In this document: positions 50,110 through 63,255 of the stretch, piece by piece
Numbering within the stretch: the first letter of the stretch is position 1
Layout of the letters: each line of letters begins with the position of its first letter
Source of the DNA: Camelus ferus
Taxonomy: Eukaryota
DNA: 64,000 nt
Assembly: GCF_009834535.1 (NCBI RefSeq)
Contig: NC_045696.1
Span: 100,628,001-100,692,000 of the forward strand
Reading direction: 5' to 3'
Translations under genes and position numbers: made by a program
Notes under the pieces: model-generated
Databases searched by the model: none
The model's input: only the letters and a program-made list of their open reading frames with translations
What the model was told of the DNA's origin: nothing

Positions 50110-53100
50110 AAAACAAAACAAAATAGTGTTGCTCAAACAACCCTATTATTTTATACACAAGATCCAAGACACAATTAAAATTATAAGAACTCTGAAGAAG
50201 CAAGAAATAGAAGGCATAATATGAAGATAAAATGAACAGAAACAAATCCTCAAAATAACCCAGATCTTAGAACTAACATTAAAAGACTTTAAAATAGTTA
50301 TTCTATATGTATGATCAAAGATTCAGAGGAAAAGATGGAAAGAATGAGAACAAATGCAGAAAATCTGAGCAACAGAAGTAGAGCTTTAGAAACAAAATGT
50401 GTTCCAGTATAGAAAAACACAATTTCTGAAAACAGAAATGCAAACAAAGCTACATAGTGAACAGTGTAAAAGAACTGAGCAGGAAATTTATCAATTGAAA
50501 TGATCCAAAAGGAAGCACACAGTAAGAAAAAAAAATAACATAAGACAATATCAAATAAACTAACAAAGATGTTATTGGAGTTTTTAAAGAAAAGGAGAGA
50601 GTTAGGGAGAAAAATTATCTACAGAAATAATGGATGGAATTTTAAAAAAATAATTAAAATGATCAATCCTTAAATGTAAGCAGTTCAGAAAACCAAGCCT
50701 CAGTACATGATAATCCAATAACTGAAAACTAAAAATAAGGAGAAAATCCTAAAACTAGTCAATAAATACACACACACACACACACAAAGGGGACCAATCA
50801 TAATAAGGACAGTGCTGACTTCACAACAATAAATGCAAAATACAAGACAGTGGATTTACATTTTTAAAGTACACACAAAAGTAATAACAGAATTCTATAT
50901 TCAGTGAAAATAGTCCAAATTATATTTTCTGATAAATTAAAGCCCACAGAATTTTTGCCAGCAGACTAGCACCACAAAAAATGCCAAATAAAATTCATCA
51001 GCATGATACCAGTTGAATGTTTCCATTTACAGAAAGGATCAAAATGGCAAATAAGTGGTGAAAAATAAAAATAAGAGGTTATAATGTATTCCTCAGAACA
51101 ATAAATAAGAAAGAGAGGATGACAGAGAGAATGTCAAGAAATACAATTGACTATTATGTAATATGTTTTTAGTCTCAGAGAAAGCAGAATCAGAAGAACA
51201 GGAAAGAGAGGGAATGCTTATAACAATAGCAAGACGGTAGTCTCAAACACCATTATGTGCATAATTAAATTAAAATAAAGGAATTTAACCCTGTTAAGAG
51301 GCAAACATTGCCACAATCAATTTAAAAAAACAGAGCCTACTTATATTCTAAGACATTAACTTTATATATAAATGAAAATAGTAAGTGTGAGAAGGCTGGA
51401 CTGACTCCCTTAATATCACACAAAGCTGACATATGTCAAGGAGTATTACCAGATATAAAGAGTGACATTTCACAATGATAAAAGGATCAATTCATCAAAG
51501 AGAGAAAAAATTAAATAGTAGAACTTCAAAGCACATGAAGCAAAAGTTGATTAAAATATAGACAGGAATACAGGAATCTATATTCACAATTGGAGACTAA
51601 CATTCTCTCTTACTACTTTCTAAAACAACTGGCCTTCGTAGACATTTTAAAAACATTCAACTCAACAACTGTAGAAAACACATTCTTTCTAACTGTACAT
51701 GGAAGAATAATATGCTGGAGCAGAAAAAAATTCTCAACAAATTTCAAAGATTAAAATTATACAGAATAGGTTTCTGGCTACAATAGAGTTAATAATCTAT
51801 AACAAAAAGTAATCAAGAGAACCCCCAAGTAGTTGAAAATTAAAGATATTATAAACTTCTTAGTCAAAGAAGAAATCATAAGGAAATCATGTTTTTAAAA
51901 AAACATTATTGAAAATACAACATATTGAAGTGTGGGGTGAAAACTCAGTTTTAAAGGCTTATATAAGAAAATTAGAAAATTTTAAACTCAATGACTTAAG
52001 TTTATATCACAAGAAGACAGAAAAGTAAGAGCAAAGTAAACCCAAATAAGTCAGAGGAAAGACATAATAGAGATAAGGAAATCACTAAGATAGAAAACAT
52101 ACTAACAATAGAGGGAAAAAAATAAAGCAGAAAAGTGGTTCTTTAAAAAAAAATTCAGAGAGTGGTACACTCCTAAAATGCCTGATGAAGAAAAGAGGTA
52201 AATCACAAAGTACCAACATCAGGAATGAAAGGAAATAGTACAAAGCTCTTAGAGAAATTATAAGATATTATGAACAATTTTATGGCAATAAGTGACAGTA
52301 TAGATGAAATAGGTAAATTCTTTAATAAATACAACTTGCTAAAACCGACCCAAGAAGAAGATAAGCTGAATAGCTCCATTTCTGCTAAAAAAAAAAAAAA
52401 AAATTTCCAAAGGAAAATCTTCCCACAAGTAAAACTCTCAACCTGGATGGCTTCACTAGTGGATTCTATAAGAAAGACATACTTATCTTAAACGGACAAA
52501 AAATATAAAGCAAGCAAGCAAACAAACAAAAACCCTCTTACAGAAAACAGAGCTGGAAAACTTTTCAACTGTTTTTGTGAAGCCAAGATAACTCTGATCC
52601 AAAACTTGGCAAAAACTTTATTAAAAAAATCACAAATACATAGATTTTATCAAAACAAAACAAAATTTTAGAAGATCAAATTCAGCAATGCATAAAATTT
52701 ACCATAAGGTTACAATGGAGAAGATAGTGAATAGATTATTGGAAGAGAATAGAAAGTTCAGAATTAAAGCCATATATTCCTGACCAATTTTCCGGAAACA
52801 AGCCACAAAAATACTTGCACAACTTTAATCTGATAGCAAAATCTTGAAATCAACCTAAATGCCCATCAATAGAAGGATAAAGTATTTACAGCAACAAAAA
52901 GGACCAAACTGCTGATATACACAAGGCTGAGCATCCCCAACAGTATGTTCACCAAAGACAGTAGGATGTATAATGTACGATTCCATTTGTTTGAAGTTGA
53001 CAGATAGGAGGAAGCAATTTTTGATAACAGAAATTAAAGTAGTGTTTTCTTGGAGGAATGAGGAATGACTGGAAAAGAACGTAAGAGAATTTTGGCAATA

Positions 53101-53190
53101 ACAATGTTCTATATCTGCTTGAGAATGCTGGTTATGTCATTGTGTACACATCAAAACTCATATTAAATTGTATCTCACTAAAAATGCTTA
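50110..53190 (+). mobile_element. Long decayed L1M (ORF1, ORF2 endonuclease/linker and 3' UTR, with deletions)
   Basis: A-rich strand; 'acatttcacaatgataaaaggatcaattcatcaa' (endonuclease), 'ctcaacaaatttcaaag', ORF 52270-52491 'DEIGKFFNKYNLLKPTQEE', 3' 'gaaatcaacctaaatgcccatcaatagaagg'. Confidence 0.88.
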
Positions 53191-53366
53191 AAAATATTTC
53201 TTGATTTAGATTACTATATATGTGAAAATACATAGCATGAAAAATCTTATATTGCACTTGCCTTGTGGAACTCCTCTGAAATCACTGACAGAATCAGTTA
53301 ATAAGTCGATACATGGTAGCAGAAAGCAGACATGTAAGTGCTCACTTATAAGACAGAACTAAGTAA

Positions 53367-53427
53367 TGAGTTGATAAACAGGAGGGCAACTAACCTTGAG
53401 TTGATAAACAGGAGGGTAACTATCCTT
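53367..53427. repeat. 30-bp tandem duplication (two copies)
   Basis: tgagttgataaacaggagggcaactaacct / tgagttgataaacaggagggtaactatcct, two mismatches. Confidence 0.9.
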
Positions 53428-55161
53428 CTTTCTTCTTGGTTCATGGTAGTGTCTCAAGTCCACCTCCCTTTGCCAACGTACATCCAAGTACATCCTTAGG
53501 TTCTGACATATTTCAGATTGATGGATGGCTAATTGCATCCATTTGATTCCCAGTTGGACAGTTAATGATAATAACTTTAAATTAGTACATTTACAATGAT
53601 TGAAACTGAAGATTTATCCTCAATTTGATGCAGAATTAATATTTATTTTCCATTATATAATTTGAAATTTAAGTATAGAAATTAAGATTAGAACTGCTCA
53701 CTTCACCCCTATATTCAACTCTCCATAAAAAAAAATTAAGTTTCTTTGTAGTTTATAACTGGTCTCATTTTACTCATTTTACTTCTTCTTCCTATGCTGG
53801 TTTCTGGGTACAGAGAGAGGCTCATACCGTCAACGCTATGTTTATCCCAACATACACGTACACAGAAATCAATACACTGGTTTATAATCTAAAATTGATA
53901 CTTTTTTTAACTGTATGAAACTGTTAAGACAGTATACCATTCAGATGGACTGTGTCAAGACTGACACATATATTGAAGGAGCTGATCCTGCCCAGTAATT
54001 AATACTTAGAGTAGTGCAAACTGGACATATTATATAAATCATATTATTATTAGATTATTATTAGATTTGACATTGTTGCATAGGTCAGTCTGAGGGAAAC
54101 AAAGGACTTTCTACAGTTATTTGGGAGTATTATTTTCAGCAATAATAGAAAGTGTAGAAATAAATTGATAACTAGTAATAATACATTTTTATTCTAAAAA
54201 AAGAATACAAATTTTAACACATCCATATATTTAATTTTATAAAATAATTTGGTGCTTCTGGTAGTTCAGCTCTTTCAAAGAATAATTGCTTCAAAATTAC
54301 TTCAATGTTGAATTTCTTATCAATTAATTAAATTTAAGCTACTTTTTGAAAAAGAAATGGAAAATTTCTCTCTCGTAACTATTATCTTGTGACTCCAATG
54401 TTCACAAATTAAAATAATTCCAATATATTTAAGCCAGTTGCCCATGATTGGCCCAGATTACCCATGAATACAATCCTCTCTTCAATATCTACCTATTTAT
54501 TTATCCATACACACACACAAACACACAGACACACATCCATGAAAATTTTTCCCACATATACTTTTTTTCTAAATTTAAAACATTCTGATTATTGTAGTTG
54601 GTCTAAAGCAGCTCAGAGTTCAATAACTGAGGTTCAGCTACTTGCTGTACTGTTTGAGAATATTTGATTCTTGCAAGGAAAAAAATGGGTGAAACTCACA
54701 AGCTGTGTTAAGTACAGATAAGTAGTAAGTAGAGCATGTATGAGTTAAACAGGGAGAGGATGGAAGGACTAAGAACACTGATTATTCATGAAGTATTAAA
54801 TATGCACGAGGTACCAGAAGTGCTAAATAACAGGATACATTAAATAAACATGAGACATATGAAGCACTCATTATTCATGAGGTCTTAATTCAGCCACCCA
54901 CTGATGACACCCATTTTGGCCCTGACAGTTCTATGCCCAAGGAACTCACATAAAACTCATGGCTGTTCAGCAAGTTAATTGGCAAGCTACAGCTATTAGC
55001 CAGGCAAATGTGCTCTGCGTGCCTGTGATAAAGCAAGAAGGAGTCACTTGCCCTGGGCATGTTCCCCAGGTAACCTCTCTTGCTTCAACTTCAACTCTCA
55101 TTCTGGTCACCATATCATCCCAGGAAAGACAGAGGGACAGGGCACTGTTGTACAGTGGATT

Positions 55162-55661
55162 TGAAGTGGGAGAAAAGGTGGCAGGGCACAACCACTGAAG
55201 GAATGACACAGCAACTGAGGACAGGACAAACTGGCTAGAACCAAGACAGCAGAAGATTCAACTTCCAGTAGACCTTGAGCCTCACCGCACACCCATAGGC
55301 ATCTAAGCTGACCATAAAAGGTTAAGTAGGTGGGGGGGCATTTCCTGGAAATCTTCACCCCTTCTCCAAAGTAGTTGGAATAATCCTCCTACTCATTAGC
55401 ATATGAAATTGCCAAGCCCATAAAACCTAACAACTCGGCATCTCGTGGCTACTCTCACTCTGTCACTCTCTCTTGCTTTCTGAGATGGCCCGCACTCTGT
55501 CTATGGAGTGTGTATCTCCTAAGCTGTTTTCCCTTCTGAGTGAGACAGACCCCACACTGTCTATGGAATGTGTATTTCTCTAAATAAACTTGTTTTCACT
55601 TTACCATGACTTGCTCTTGAATTCTTCCCTGCGCAAGGCAAGAACATATTCTCCCACAACA
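55162..55661 (+). mobile_element. ERV1 solo LTR, MER41-like (copy A)
   Basis: TG...CA termini; 4-bp TSD gatt/gact; 'attagcata', 'ctgtctatggagt', AATAAA then 'cttgttttcacttta...gctcttgaattcttccctgcgcaaggcaagaac', as in MER41-type R/U5. Confidence 0.85.
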
Positions 55662-55697
55662 GACTGTGTACTGTGGATTTAGGTAGCTGAGTCCTTC

Positions 55698-56337
55698 TGA
55701 TGCAGGAAAAACAGATGTGCGGGATGAGGAGGGCTGTGTCCCAGGCTTCGGTTGAGCCCGTGGGATGTGCCCCGCCAAGCGTGGTTCCTTGGCTTTGCAC
55801 AGAAAAGAATTCAAGAGTGAGCAACAATTGAGTAAAGGTAAACTTATTCAGAGAGATACACTGAAAGGCAAAAGAAAGGCCACGACGTGTGGGTGTTGGG
55901 TGCTCAGATTAGAGAAAAAGTAGGTACACACTCCATAGACAGAGTGCGGGCCATCTCCAAAGGGGGAGAGAGAGAGAGAAGGCGGCAGCCATAAGGTACC
56001 ATGTTGCCAGTTTTTATGGGCTCAGTGGCTTCATATGCTAATAAGTGGAAGGACCAGTCCAACCAGCTTGGGGAAGGGGCTGGGATTCCCAGAAAGTTGG
56101 CCATTTCCCACTCTGACTTTTGTGGCTAGCCTTGGGACTGTCATGGCACCTGTGGGCATGTTATTTACCATGCTAATATATTACAATAAGCATATAATGA
56201 AGCTCAGGATCTGCGGGAAGTCAAATCTCTCACCATCTTGAGCCTGAAGGCCTACAGGGGGTTGAACCTTCCACCATTTTGATGTTCATTGCTGTATCGT
56301 TACTTGAATGGCTGTGCCCTGCCCCCTTCCTGCCTCA
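55698..56337 (-). mobile_element. ERV1 solo LTR, MER41-like (copy B, related subfamily)
   Basis: TG...CA termini; perfect 4-bp TSD cttc (55694-55697 / 56338-56341); 5' end 'tgaggcaggaagggggcagggcacagcc' is homologous to copy A. Confidence 0.88.
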
Positions 56338-57084
56338 CTTCCAAAGCACTTGCATTCTATCCTAAATGTGTTAACTTACTCCATCTCTTTCCCCCTGCTT
56401 AATTAATGCTTTGTGTCTTATTGATGTGGATCACTTTAACATTGCGATTCAGGCATTTTAATTTGGTCTGTGAACCTTTCTGTCCTGTGACCACTGGAAA
56501 AGCTTCCTAGATAGAGTATTTGGAGTTACTGTGGTATCAGGTCAATGTCCCCCACAGCAAGGCTACCAAGGCTTACTGGGTCTAGTCCATACTCTCTTCT
56601 TAGTCATTTTGTTGGTAGAAAATGGAATCAATATTACTTGCCGGTAAATAGATACTGCAGTTCTTAGTTCTTTTCATCTTCACAGAAGATCGACTGAATT
56701 TTCAGACAAAAATAATTTTGTTAGCATAGGTAGACACGGATACATATATATCTGTACAATGAGGGCAAAAACAACTCATACTCCAGGGTTAAACACACAC
56801 AAACACATACATGCAGAAAAAACAATAATTAGTACACCTGTTCTTTGTAGCAAAAGAGTAAATTTGTGTGTGTCGGCGCTGACCTTAGCTAGGACTCATT
56901 TGTCGATGTGAATCAATTATGACTACTCTTTTCAAATGATCCTTTGAAATTAAGTAAAACTGAAATGTTAGCTTTGTTGGCTTTGGAACAGAAGCTCCCC
57001 AATCTGTCAGTATAATGCACTCCAGTCTTTTCCTCTACTTGGTAATGAGCTCCGACTGAGACATTAGCATTTTCATTGAGGCCA

Positions 57085-57200
57085 GTGGACTTCTCACCAG
57101 GGAGTCAAGTGTTTCTAGGTTAAACTAACCAGTCAGTATTGGTGTCAAATTCATGACCTTGGCCTCTTGAGCAAGATGAAAATACTGGTTATGTAACTGC
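57085..57200 (-). mobile_element. Possible MamSINE1-like ancient tRNA SINE remnant
   Basis: Reverse complement contains 'gaggccaaggtcatg', a recalled MamSINE1 motif; otherwise very diverged. Confidence 0.4.
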
Positions 57201-58149
57201 CTCTGAAAAGTTTAGATTAGACTAAGATTATATACAGAGTCTAATTTATCAAAAATAGAACGTTATTGAAATAACCGAAAAGCTCATTAAAATGTAGTGT
57301 GGCTTATGCTTGCTTTTCTCAAAATGCTTTGCAGATGTGTTTCCCATCCTTCCTTCCTATAGCATGCATTATGGAACTGTACTGTGTCTCAGCATCCCAG
57401 ATGCCCACTGCAAGATTATCTATTTCTACATCTTTTTCTTCAGAATCTTCTTTCAAAATGTAAACATTTCCCATAAGAAACACAAATGAAAAATAAATAT
57501 GAATATGAATATCAACTAAGCAGTTGAATAACAACTGTTACTTAGTGATGATTTTAAGTAACACAATAATGTAGTCCTAACATTGACAATTTCCACCTGA
57601 CATAGTCCACGAACAAAAAGGAAAACAATCTTTTCTACCAAATTTCACTTTTTAATTTTTTGGAGTATATTTTTAATTCTGAGTTTGTTTTTAACTTTTT
57701 AAATTTATACATATATAAGTATGAATATATATGTTATATATACTAATATATAGTATATAATTGTTATATTTTTAATACTGAATATGAACATAAAATAAAA
57801 TATAACTTAGGTACTACTATAATACATATTTACTCTAATTTATATTATATAGTAATGTACCTTAAGATGCATATTTATGTACATTAACGGAATGACTCAT
57901 GCTATTATTTTTTAGTGATATTCTCTATAATGTATCAAAAGTATCTGTGAAATATTTTTTCTCAAAACATTGCATTTTTCTGTAATCTTGTACTTTATTG
58001 GACAGAGTCTTAAAAAATGGCAAGTTCTAAAATATTAACTAACCTGACTTGTCAACAATAAATAATTCTATTAACTGTGCTACGGGATCTAAGTTTAGGT
58101 TTTTGTTTATACAAAATAGTTTTATAATAAAGGAACAATTCTTATATTT

Positions 58150-58420
58150 TCAAAGATTTTATTTAGAGTGTCTACTCTGTGCCAGGAATTGTGTTATACA
58201 TTGGGTATACAAAGACAAGTATTGATATGCCTTGCTCTCAAGGAGCTCATAGACATAATGGCCATATGTACTTTGGACGGATAGAAATAATTTGGAATGA
58301 GATAGAGGTGGTGGTTGCATAACAGTGTGAATGTACTAAGTGTTGCTGAATTGTTCACTTCTAATTGCTTAATTTTAAGTTGTGTGAATTTCACTGCAAG
58401 TTATTAACAAAGAAAAAAAT
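58150..58420. mobile_element. L2 3' end (minus, 58150-58260) next to an L1MB-like 3' end (plus, 58270-58420)
   Basis: 'tttatttagagtgtctactctgtgccagg...ctctcaaggagctcatag'; 'gatagaggtggtggttgcataacagtgtgaatgtactaagtg'. Confidence 0.75.
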
Positions 58421-58572
58421 GCTGGTATAGAGACAGAAAAATGGAGAGAAAGTGCTTCACAGGTACCAGTTGCTCTGGAATGACACTTTGATTTCACTTG
58501 AATAAACTTTCATTTAGACTGAACCTTAGGGAAGTTGGGTTTCACAATCATTAGAAATAAAAATGCATCACT

Positions 58573-59110
58573 GTATCACAGGATGACAAGTAGGATGCCT
58601 TCAGCCACAAATAACAGAAAACCTCAACACAAATAGCTTAAGCATAGGGAATTCATTATCTTACATAACCTGAAATTTACTGGAACAGTGTCCTCAGGTC
58701 TTGTTATTTAATCAAGAACCCCAGTGTTTTATTTTTTCTTCTCTGTCTAACTCAGTGTGCTGGAAGCTCTTCTTCCAGGGTTTTCAGAGCAGCACCAGTT
58801 CTGGGCATCATGTTCAGACCCAGCAACACGGCCTAGAAGAAGGAGGACTGTTTCTTCCTCATGATCCACTTTACATAACGGGCACTTTTTCCTAAAGGTC
58901 TCTGAAGACACTTCCTCACACTGTGGCTAGAACTGAGTCAAAAGATCATACGCTAATCACTGAAAGGGAGAACTTAATTGCCACAATTGACTTCCAGACA
59001 ATTTAGATATACTCCTTGAGCTGGGAATAGAGTTATCTCCCCCTAAGAGAGGAACAAATTGGGGTCTGTGTGCAAAGGAAAAGGTAAAGTTATTTTAGCA
59101 GACTGTCACC
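58573..59110 (-). mobile_element. Old MaLR LTR (MLT1K/J-like)
   Basis: 'aaataacagaaaacctcaacacaaatagcttaagc', 'tggctagaactgagtca', 'gaacaaattggggtctgt'. Confidence 0.7.
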
Positions 59111-59357
59111 AGAGGCCGCTATAGATGGTAATATAAAAAGGCATACATAGTATATGAAATATATGAGATCTAAAACAATAATTGTCTTGACATGGTAGAA
59201 TTTTATAATTGATATATCCCTATAATACAGTATGTAGTTATGGCATGATACTTAAAAATTTGTGCAAATTCTTGCATGAAACACATATGAAAAATCTTTC
59301 TTATTATTTCCCAGTGTTTAAACTTTTTTAAAAGTCAGTTTCAGTTCAAATTTAGAA

Positions 59358-59580
59358 GCTGTGTAGTATAATAAAAAGTGTATAGTATCTATTGCCAAAA
59401 AAACTTAGGTTCAATTTCTTTTCCACAATTTCTTTAAATGATTAACCCTGAGCAAAATGCTTTACCTCTTTAACTAAGCTTCAACTTTCTCATCTAGAAA
59501 ATAAAGATAATGAAATTGTACTCCCAGAATAATTTTTAAAAATAAAACATCTGTGCTTGGTACAAAGTATGTTATCTACT
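59358..59580 (+). mobile_element. MIR SINE
   Basis: 'cttaggttcaatt...accctgagcaaaatgctttacctc...ttctcatctagaaaataaagataat'. Confidence 0.7.
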
Positions 59581-62279
59581 TTTATTGTTTTATGAATAAA
59601 ATAAAAGTGTATGGCAAGTCAACCTCCTCATTAAACTTTCCCTTGTAATTGTTTTGTTTTAGTAATTGGCATCAACTATAGAGGCTAAACCAAATGAATG
59701 TATTATTAATTACAATGTATGACATGAAGATCAGTATTTTCAACTTTCAAACATGAAGACAAATTATGAAAAAGAATGCTAGACTCAGTATAAACCCAGT
59801 GATAACATTTATTGAAATGTTTTCCACATATAGTGATTTATTTTGTTTCACTAGTTCATCAACTGGTGAAATAGCCAGTTTTAGTGATAAAAGAAATGAT
59901 ATACTTGAGTGGAACTCATACGAAGAAAATCAAGGTCATGAGTAACTTAATGTAATTATTTCTTCCTTAGTAGAATTTTTGGTAATTATTACCCACATGG
60001 AACACTGAGTCTTCTATAATTTTCTGAAGCCCTCTGTTTTCTCTCTCTCCTTGTTTAGCAAGGTTGTAACTATAGGTGATCCACACAGAAAAATGACCTT
60101 CTTCCTTCTCCATTAATTTCCATGCCTTTGTATACCCAGAAGAAAATTTATTTTATTTATGATTTAGAAGGTTTTTGTCAGAACAGCCATGACTATGTGA
60201 ATGGTGTCCTTAAGAGAAGATGTCATGTGATTGGACACTGGGGAGAGCACTCTAAAAAGAGAAAAGGAGACTTCTGGATATTTGAAAGTGCAGCTTAGTA
60301 AGTAACACCTGGAGGTGGTCAGCTCCTTTCATTATGAGTTTTTTTTTTTTTTCCAAAGGAAATTATCCACTTCAGTGACCTACATGATATTGCTTCCATA
60401 ATACCTGTGAGCAATTTGACCATTTACATTGATTGTGAGGCGGTCAAAACAGTGTTCCCACAGGGATGTAGAGAGCATTTTTAGCCTTGGTGGAGGAGAA
60501 AGAAAAAGGCTTTTAGTAAAGGAAAATAGGCTAAAACTTTTTGCAAAGGATTTGCTTCAATGTGCGGACAATCAGGTTTTCCCTCCCCTCCTCATTCCTG
60601 TTTCCTGATAATAAACATTCTTCATGTTCTAAGCTCCTTTGTAATGGGTGAATTAGCTCTTTTAGAAGCAGAGATTAATTAAGCTTGAGAAGAACTAATT
60701 CAATGGGACATCTGTCTCTCATCTTCAATACTCCCATAAGGGATCAGACCAGTATCGTTACAACTGTACTTTACTGACTTATAAGCACTGTACCTACATT
60801 TTATGTATAATTTATCTCTATGATTAAATTTCAAGGATCTAGCAATTTATCTATTGCTCTATCTATCCCCCTATCTATTTATGCTTTTTTCCCTACATTA
60901 TCTATTTATTTCAAGAACCAATTGGGCCTTATTGCCAACTGATGAATAAAATGCAATATTCCAGTGATAATCTCTTATTATTAGCCTATAAGATATAGAA
61001 ATTACCGTTAAAAATATCTGCAGCTATCAGAGTACTGACATTTCAGTAAATTTAAAAAAAAAAAAGCATGTATCTCCTTAAAATATCTTCATTATTATCC
61101 ATATTTTATATATAATCTTATTTTATCTTCCTTTACTCAAAATAAAAATATATTTCAATATATCCAGGAAAAGTGATAAGATAAAAATTTGTGAGAGTTA
61201 GGTTTAATTCAAGAAGCTTGTAAAATTTTTATATATTTTTCAGGAGTTTAAATTCAACCTTTTTCTATTGCTGCCTTGAAGCAATAGAATAAGAAAAGAT
61301 ACAAGGAACACAAAATGTCTATGAACTCTGAATCTTGATACACCTGTATGTTTAAATTTGATCTTTATTACTAACATCCTCCCTAGTTCCACGTGGCACT
61401 TTAGAGCCATTATGTCTCCAATGACCTTTGTCTACAAAGAGTATTATTATCCTTTTCTCTTCATCCCCAAATTCTCCAGGCTAAGTGAGCAGGGGAGACC
61501 TGCCAGCTTTCATTACCACATCTTTTGCACAACGTTGTAACTTGGTCAGTTTCTTAATTTCCAAAAGAATCACAGTACAGTCAAATAACATATTTGTTAG
61601 ATATGAAAGTGTAATTTTACAACTTGTACATGTACAAAAGTTCTGTGAACTTAATAGGGCAGAGCAAATCCTAACTGTGAATACAAAATTTAAACTGGTT
61701 TAAATGCTGGCTGAAATTGCTGTTGTCATTTTGTTTAATGAGAGAAATAAATTTTTTCTAATCTGAATAGAATTCAGCATTTTAGCTGCATTGTGTTAGT
61801 CTTGTATGAAATAATAAAATATTCTTACTTATTATATTGTATCTCAGAATTACGTATTTGTATAAATATAAAAATATAACTGCTAAGGAGAAAAAGAACA
61901 AAGAACATGTGGTATAAATATAAACCAAATAGTAAGATGGCAGTTTATACTTAACTATATTTAAATTAAATGCAAATGATCTCAAACAATCCCATTAACA
62001 AGGTTTATTTTATGGTCATGCATATTTTTAAATTAAATTGTCTTTACTTGTGAATATCTTAGTAACAGCGGCAAAAACTAAATTGGCATTTAAAGTATAA
62101 ATGAAATGGAGTTTGCATGAGAAAAGAGGGAAGCTAAATGTAATTCTAATAATTTAAGTACCACTAAAAGAGGATGATCTTGAAGTGACTTAATCCTCTG
62201 AAATTAGAAATTACATTACAGTGTAAAACCAATTGTGTTTTACTGTATTTGCATCCAAGCTAATTTTAGAATTCTTTAG

Positions 62280-63255
62280 TCATAAATGTTCATTCACTCA
62301 CATTCATTTTTCCATGTGCTCAACAAATGTTTTGAGCACATATTATGTGCTAGAAAAAGTAAAGTGCACACACACACACACACACACATGCACAGTGTGT
62401 ATATATATACACCCAGAAGCATAAGGAAGATTAAATGTGGGTGGAAAGGAAGCAGTGATCCTGTTGTAATTTGGACAAGTTTGGCCCCAAGATAAGGGTG
62501 ACATTTGAGAAAACTTGAAAAGATGTGGAAATTGGCTGAGCAAATATCTGAGAGAAGAGCATTCCAGTCAGTGTAAATGTCCTAAGGTAGGAAGGTACCT
62601 GGCTCTACCAAGAAGTAGCAAGCAGAACCTTGTGGACTGAGCAGAATGAGAAACTAAGGAAGTGTTAGCTTTTAGTCTTAGTAGAACTAGGAACTCCTGC
62701 AGGGACGTGAACAGAAGAGAGTCATGATTTAATATACACGTTTAAGAAAATAGCTGAACAAGGATGGAAACAGTTAGGAGGACAGCAGTGGCCCAGGCAG
62801 AGAAGACGGTAGTGGTGATGGAGAGAAGTGGTTAGATATATTTTGAAGGTACGGCCAACAGGGTTTTGGATGAATTGGATGTAGGGAGTGAGAAAAAGAA
62901 GATCAAAAGTGTCCCTAAAGTTTTTGGTCTACGTAAATGAAAGAACAAGTTTCTCATCAAATGAAACAGGAAAAGCTGTGCTTGTAGCAGTTTGGGACGT
63001 GGGAAGATCAGGCAGTCAGCTCTGGACAAGTTGAGTTTTGATATTTGTTAGGGATCTGGGTGGAAACATCAAATAGAAAATTGGATATTCGGGTTTAAGG
63101 CGGGAAAGAAACTTCTTTGACAGAACTATAAATTCTGTATCACCCAGGTTATACTGATATTTAAAACCGAGAATGTGAATAAGGTCACCAAGTGAGTGAA
63201 CAGAGACAGAGAAGATGAACAGGGACTGACCCCCGGGTGACAGCAACTTTGAGAA
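62280..63255 (-). mobile_element. L2 LINE (L2a-like) with internal (CA)n at ~62367-62388
   Basis: 'tcaacaaatgttttgagcacatattatgtgctag', 'gagaagtggttagatatattttgaaggta', 'tggacaagttgagttttga', 'gatatttaaaacc'. Confidence 0.88.

Noticed and set aside
53367..53427. CRISPR-like repeat
   Set aside because: Only two adjacent copies with no spacer, in mammalian DNA with no cas genes.
55162..56337. A deleted provirus bounded by two LTRs
   Set aside because: The LTRs are inverted, differ in structure and have separate TSDs; no PBS, PPT or internal sequence lies between them.
56613..56652. 40-nt exon-like piece reading ILLVENGINITCR (ankyrin-repeat-like)
   Set aside because: Too short, moderate donor (CCG|GTAAAT), and no partner exons that complete an ankyrin repeat.
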